A DNA stretch of 64,000 nucleotides from Chiloscyllium plagiosum (taxonomy: Eukaryota): NCBI RefSeq assembly GCF_004010195.1, contig NC_057718.1, forward strand, positions 66,030,770-66,094,769, read 5' to 3'. The position numbers were made by a program, and so were the translations under genes. Of this stretch, positions 59,860 to 64,000 are shown one piece after another. The notes beneath the pieces are model-generated. The model was not told the origin of the DNA. It did no database searches and worked only from the letters and a program-made list of their open reading frames with translations. Within the stretch, counting starts at the first letter, position 1; each line of letters begins with the position of its first letter.

Positions 59860-62310
59860 CAAGTTGATACCATTGACATAGAACTAGGAAAGAGGTTCTG
59901 TTGGAGAAGTATGAGAAGCTAGGCACTAATTTACAAAGCAGAACCTTATAAGTAATAAACTGAAGATTGTAATTTATGCCATGTGCAAATTGGCATAAAA
60001 CGAATATTTTGAAATGAATGCATGGCTCAAAGACTGCTTTAAGAAAAGTTGGTTCCAGCTGTGGGGCACTGACAGTGGTGCTGGGGAGGTGGGATCCATC
60101 TGAACCATGCACGGATTGATGTTCTAGTGAGTGGCTTAGCTAGGGAAGTAAAGAGGGCTTACAAATAAGTAAGGATTAAAGGATCAAGCTTGGGTAGATA
60201 TAGCAAATATAAAGGTATAGAGTCAGGAGAGCAAAACAGTAACACGAGAAATCAATCTCAGAATGGCAGGAAGGGATCAAAGGATACAACTAAGTGTGCA
60301 CCATCAGTCAAGACCAGAAATTACAAAAATGAAAAGAAAAAGCTCTGGAACTGAATACCAGAGCATTTATTAGAAAAAAACTAAATAAATTGATAGCATA
60401 GTCTGAATAAATAAATATGATCTGATTGCCATTTTGGAGGTATGGCTGTAGGATGGCATGGATTGGGTCCTGAATATTTAGAGACTTATGATATTCAAGA
60501 AGAATAGAAAGCTAGGCAAAGAAGGAGGTGCAACACTCTAAATTGAAGTTGGCATTGGTGTAATAATTAGAGATCACCTTGGTTCAGGAGATTAGGGTTA
60601 GTGTGGAAGAGGGCATGGAATAAGAGAGGGAAAGTAGTCAATAGTGGGACAGGAATAATTGTGTGTGGTTTTAATCTATACATCAACTGGAATAATCAGA
60701 TTAGCAGTGATAGTCTAAATGAGGAGTTCATTGTTTTTGAGGTAGTTTCTCAGAGTAGCACACACTGGAACCAACCAGAAAGCAGATGATCCTGATCCTT
60801 ACATAATATTAACTAATGACTTCAAAATAAAGGCATTTCTAGGCAGCAGCAATTACAATATGATTGAATTTTACATCTAATTTGAAAACGAGAAAAGTAG
60901 TAATTTAATTTTTTTGGGTATAAAAGCTGAACTAGCTGAAGTGAACTCTTATTAGACTTGGAGACAGATGAATGGTGAAGCAGTCACAGACGTTTAAGGG
61001 AATACTTCAGAATAAGTATATTTAAATTGTAAAGGAAAAATCCAGAGGGAGGACCCACAATCTGATTAAATAAGGAAGTTAAGGCAAACATCAAACTTGA
61101 GGGAAAAGGTCACTCTTGTGCAAGATGAAGGCAGCTTAGGTGATCCGTCAGAGTATAAAGAAAGGCAGAGAATGACTGAAAGGCTAATTAGGAGAAAGAA
61201 ATTAGAATACGAGAGGAACCTAGCTGGAAATGTAAAAACAAATGACAAGTGTTTCTCCAGGTACATAAAACAAAAGAGCAATTGAATGTTGGTCCTCTAG
61301 AACATTAGAATGGGGAGTTATAAGGAAATGGATGAAATGAACAAATATTTTGCTTGCCTTTATATTGTGTTAATTATATTGCTCTTAATATTATGTTAAG
61401 GGGAATCAAAGACATGGTAGCTAAACTTGGAGATGAGACAATGATTTGTTCTATAGAGAACGCAGTAAGATTGCAGATGGTTGTGGGTAAGTTAAATGAA
61501 TGAGCAAAAATTTGACAGATGAAATATAAAGTGGGAAAATGTAAAGTAGTTCGCTTTAGCGGAAAAATATAAAAGCGTACAACTTAATTGTAGAATTGAT
61601 GCTGAATTCTAAGATGCGGAGGAATTTGGATGTCATAGTGTAAGAATCACAATAAGTAATTATTCAGGTACAGCAAATAATGCAAAAAGCTAATGGAATG
61701 TTGTCCTTTATTATGAGAATAATTACAAGTATTTCTACAGCGCTTTGTTTTTATTTCAGATCTTCAGCAATTGCAGTATTTTGCTTTTTGAAAAGTAAAG
61801 ATGTTCTGTTTCAGATATACAAGACATTGCAGAGACCATATCTCAATTACTGTGCAATTTTGATCTCCTTATTTCAGGAAGGATTTAAATGCATTGGATG
61901 CAGTTCCAAGAAGGTTTACTAAATTGAACAAGGTTGTCTTATGGGGTTAGGTTATACAGAATGGGTTTGTTTTCACTGGAGTATAGAAGAATAAGGGATG
62001 AATTGACTGAAATATAAAAGGTTTTGAACAGTCTTGACAAAATTAGGAGCCTCCTTCCTAGGGCAAAGATCAGGATTTATTTTTTGTCTCGGAGCAGTGT
62101 GCAATTTGGAACTCTGCCTTAATGGAGTTGGGGTCAGTGAATAATTTTAAGACAAACATAGGTAGACTCTTATTAAGCAAAAGAATCAAAGGTTATCAAG
62201 GCTGGATGAGAATGTAGAGTTCAAGACCATTAGCCATGCTGTTATTTAATGACAGAGCAGGCTCAAGGGGTCGAGTGGCCTACCGCTACTCCTAATTTGT
62301 ATTCATGTAA
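59860..62310 (+). mobile_element. Old CR1-like LINE (ORF1 end, endonuclease, internally deleted RT, tail)
   Basis: YDLIAI.E.WL (tatgatctgattgccattttggaggtatggctg), RKLGKEGGA, KLEYERNLAGNVKTNDKCFSRYI, YKTLQRPYLNYC; tail ...gagtggcctaccgctactcctaatttgt. Confidence 0.8.
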
Positions 62311-64000
62311 GCTCTTCGGGTGTATTGGTGCTAACGTTGGGTGGCTATTCTGCATAACAGTCATGCAACAAACTGATTGATTAATCAGAATCCTATCCCT
62401 CAGCTAACATCCCATACACCTCCATTAGAGGACATCTTGTTCCACCAACTGAATAGACTCATTTGAGGTGGGAGCATCATGGTATACAAGCGAGAGGAAT
62501 GTCCTTCTGAGTTCTCTATGTTGATCTGGATCCCATGAAATCTTGTGGCTACATGAGATGGAAATGTTCATCTCAATTTTGTGGAGAGAAAATTATGCTT
62601 TCATTCTGTTGACATCTTAACTAGCAATGCCATTAATAGGGTAGACTGAGAACAGATCTTGCAACTCAGAGATATGAGAAACTATGCATGATGAACAGTA
62701 ACAGAACTGTACTCCACCACAACCTGTGATCTGATGCCCTAACACATTTCTCACTCCCCAATTACGAAGCAGATTGATCAATGAGAAATGCAAAAGAGCA
62801 TGGCTTGACCATCACTATTAGTCAAGACATTGTAAAAAAGGTGCTTAAATTTTCTATGACACCTTACTTTTCTCAGTTTGATAGGCACCCTTCAATCTCC
62901 CTTCATCCCAGTTCAGTGTTTCTAAATGATATGCTTTGCCTACTAGTTTTAAAAGGTATTAATGAATTTAAAATGCAAGTGTTTGGTTATGTAAAAGGTG
63001 ATGCAGAATTGCAGCCTTGGAATGGGCACAGTGGTAGTGGTTTGGAAATAGACTTGAAAATGAATCTTGAGTGGTGCCACGTAATGGTGAGACAATAACC
63101 CAAAGTAGTTGAAATTGTAAGTGTTAAGATGATGACTTCAACATTGCAGGACAGACAGAAAATGGAAGGGTGTCCTTGTAAATAATATTTTGCCCAACTT
63201 TGATTCTTAGGATCCAATTTTGAGCATATAAAATTTAAAGATGGCCAGAGGATCAAAACCAGAAAATCAGAATCAGAAAATTAGAATTCAGTGTTTGTAT
63301 ATTTAAGTAAAATTCACAAAGATATCACTGGGTTTATTTAATGTATTTATATCAGTACAGTTTAGGAAAAGTTCCACTTATTAATGAGCTTTGATGTGAT
63401 ACTGCAGTATGTAATGAATGGCCACTTGGTTATTTCTGTAACCACCAGTTATAGGTGGTGTGACCAGCAGTACTTGGCATTAGCATTGTACAGTTTAAAA
63501 TGCTCTTTCCAAGACACAAGCCAACTTTGTATGATAGAACTGATAATTATATTGTTGGATATTTTTCACCATATAGTGGACAAAATAATGCCTTGTCAAA
63601 GTTCTTTTATTACAATTTAAGGAAATCCTAATTGCAGCACTGCAATATTACCATATAATATGTATTTGAGTTATTATTTATTAGACATTGCATTGTTACT
63701 GATGAATTATGTTCACAATATCTACAGGAGTGTTACATCTCTGTAAAGTGTATTTCAATCTTGGAGTATATTAATAAAAGACTGCTTCATTCCAATTATT
63801 GTTTGTAGACACTTTTCTAATCCTGATCTAGCAACTTAAAAACAATTCATACTTGTCACTCATTTCAAACTTTGGCCACCATTACAACAGGGAAAAAAAG
63901 TACAGCTAGCGTAACATAGGAAACTAAACAGGGGACCTAGAATGAAGAAACTGAGGTATTATTAACAAACTTAGTTTAGTATTATATAATCAATTGAAAC

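Noticed and set aside
34900..64000. Coding exons of a downstream gene (e.g. TIAM2)
   Set aside because: No ORF or exon with recognisable host-protein similarity; ORFs are LINE remnants or random

Overview
Eukaryotic, AT-rich, repeat-dense vertebrate DNA. The CR1/HER1-like LINEs, HE1/V-SINE-like SINEs, Deu-domain SINEs and Penelope-like elements point to a cartilaginous fish (shark); the species cannot be determined from sequence alone. The only host gene I can support is the 3' part of SCAF8 (RBM16, SR-related Pol II CTD-associated factor) on the + strand. It has 12 coding exons from 6856 to the stop at 32603, all with GT-AG introns and consistent phases (2578 nt, about 858 aa: Q-rich region, RS domain, RRM, Pro-rich region, R/D-rich C-terminus ending in TDTEGT*). 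A long AU-rich 3' UTR with several AATAAA signals follows. The N-terminal CID exons lie upstream of the window. The rest is intronic or intergenic and packed with retroelement fragments. Main hunt results: (1) Penelope-like elements from three families, two of which carry recognisable minimal hammerhead-ribozyme cores (CUGANGA-A-stem II-GAA-palindrome-H). These include a young TSD-flanked copy with an intact-looking core in the sense strand of a SCAF8 intron and seven short TSD-flanked fold-back copies. (2) A TE-free block around the RS exons containing a candidate in-frame/poison cassette exon, alternative splice sites and intronic poly(A) signals, suggesting SCAF8 autoregulation. (3) A zero-spacer SINE palindrome and two 5'-inverted (twin-priming-like) insertions. 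Repeat family names and comparisons to human SCAF8 are from recall, not from database searches.
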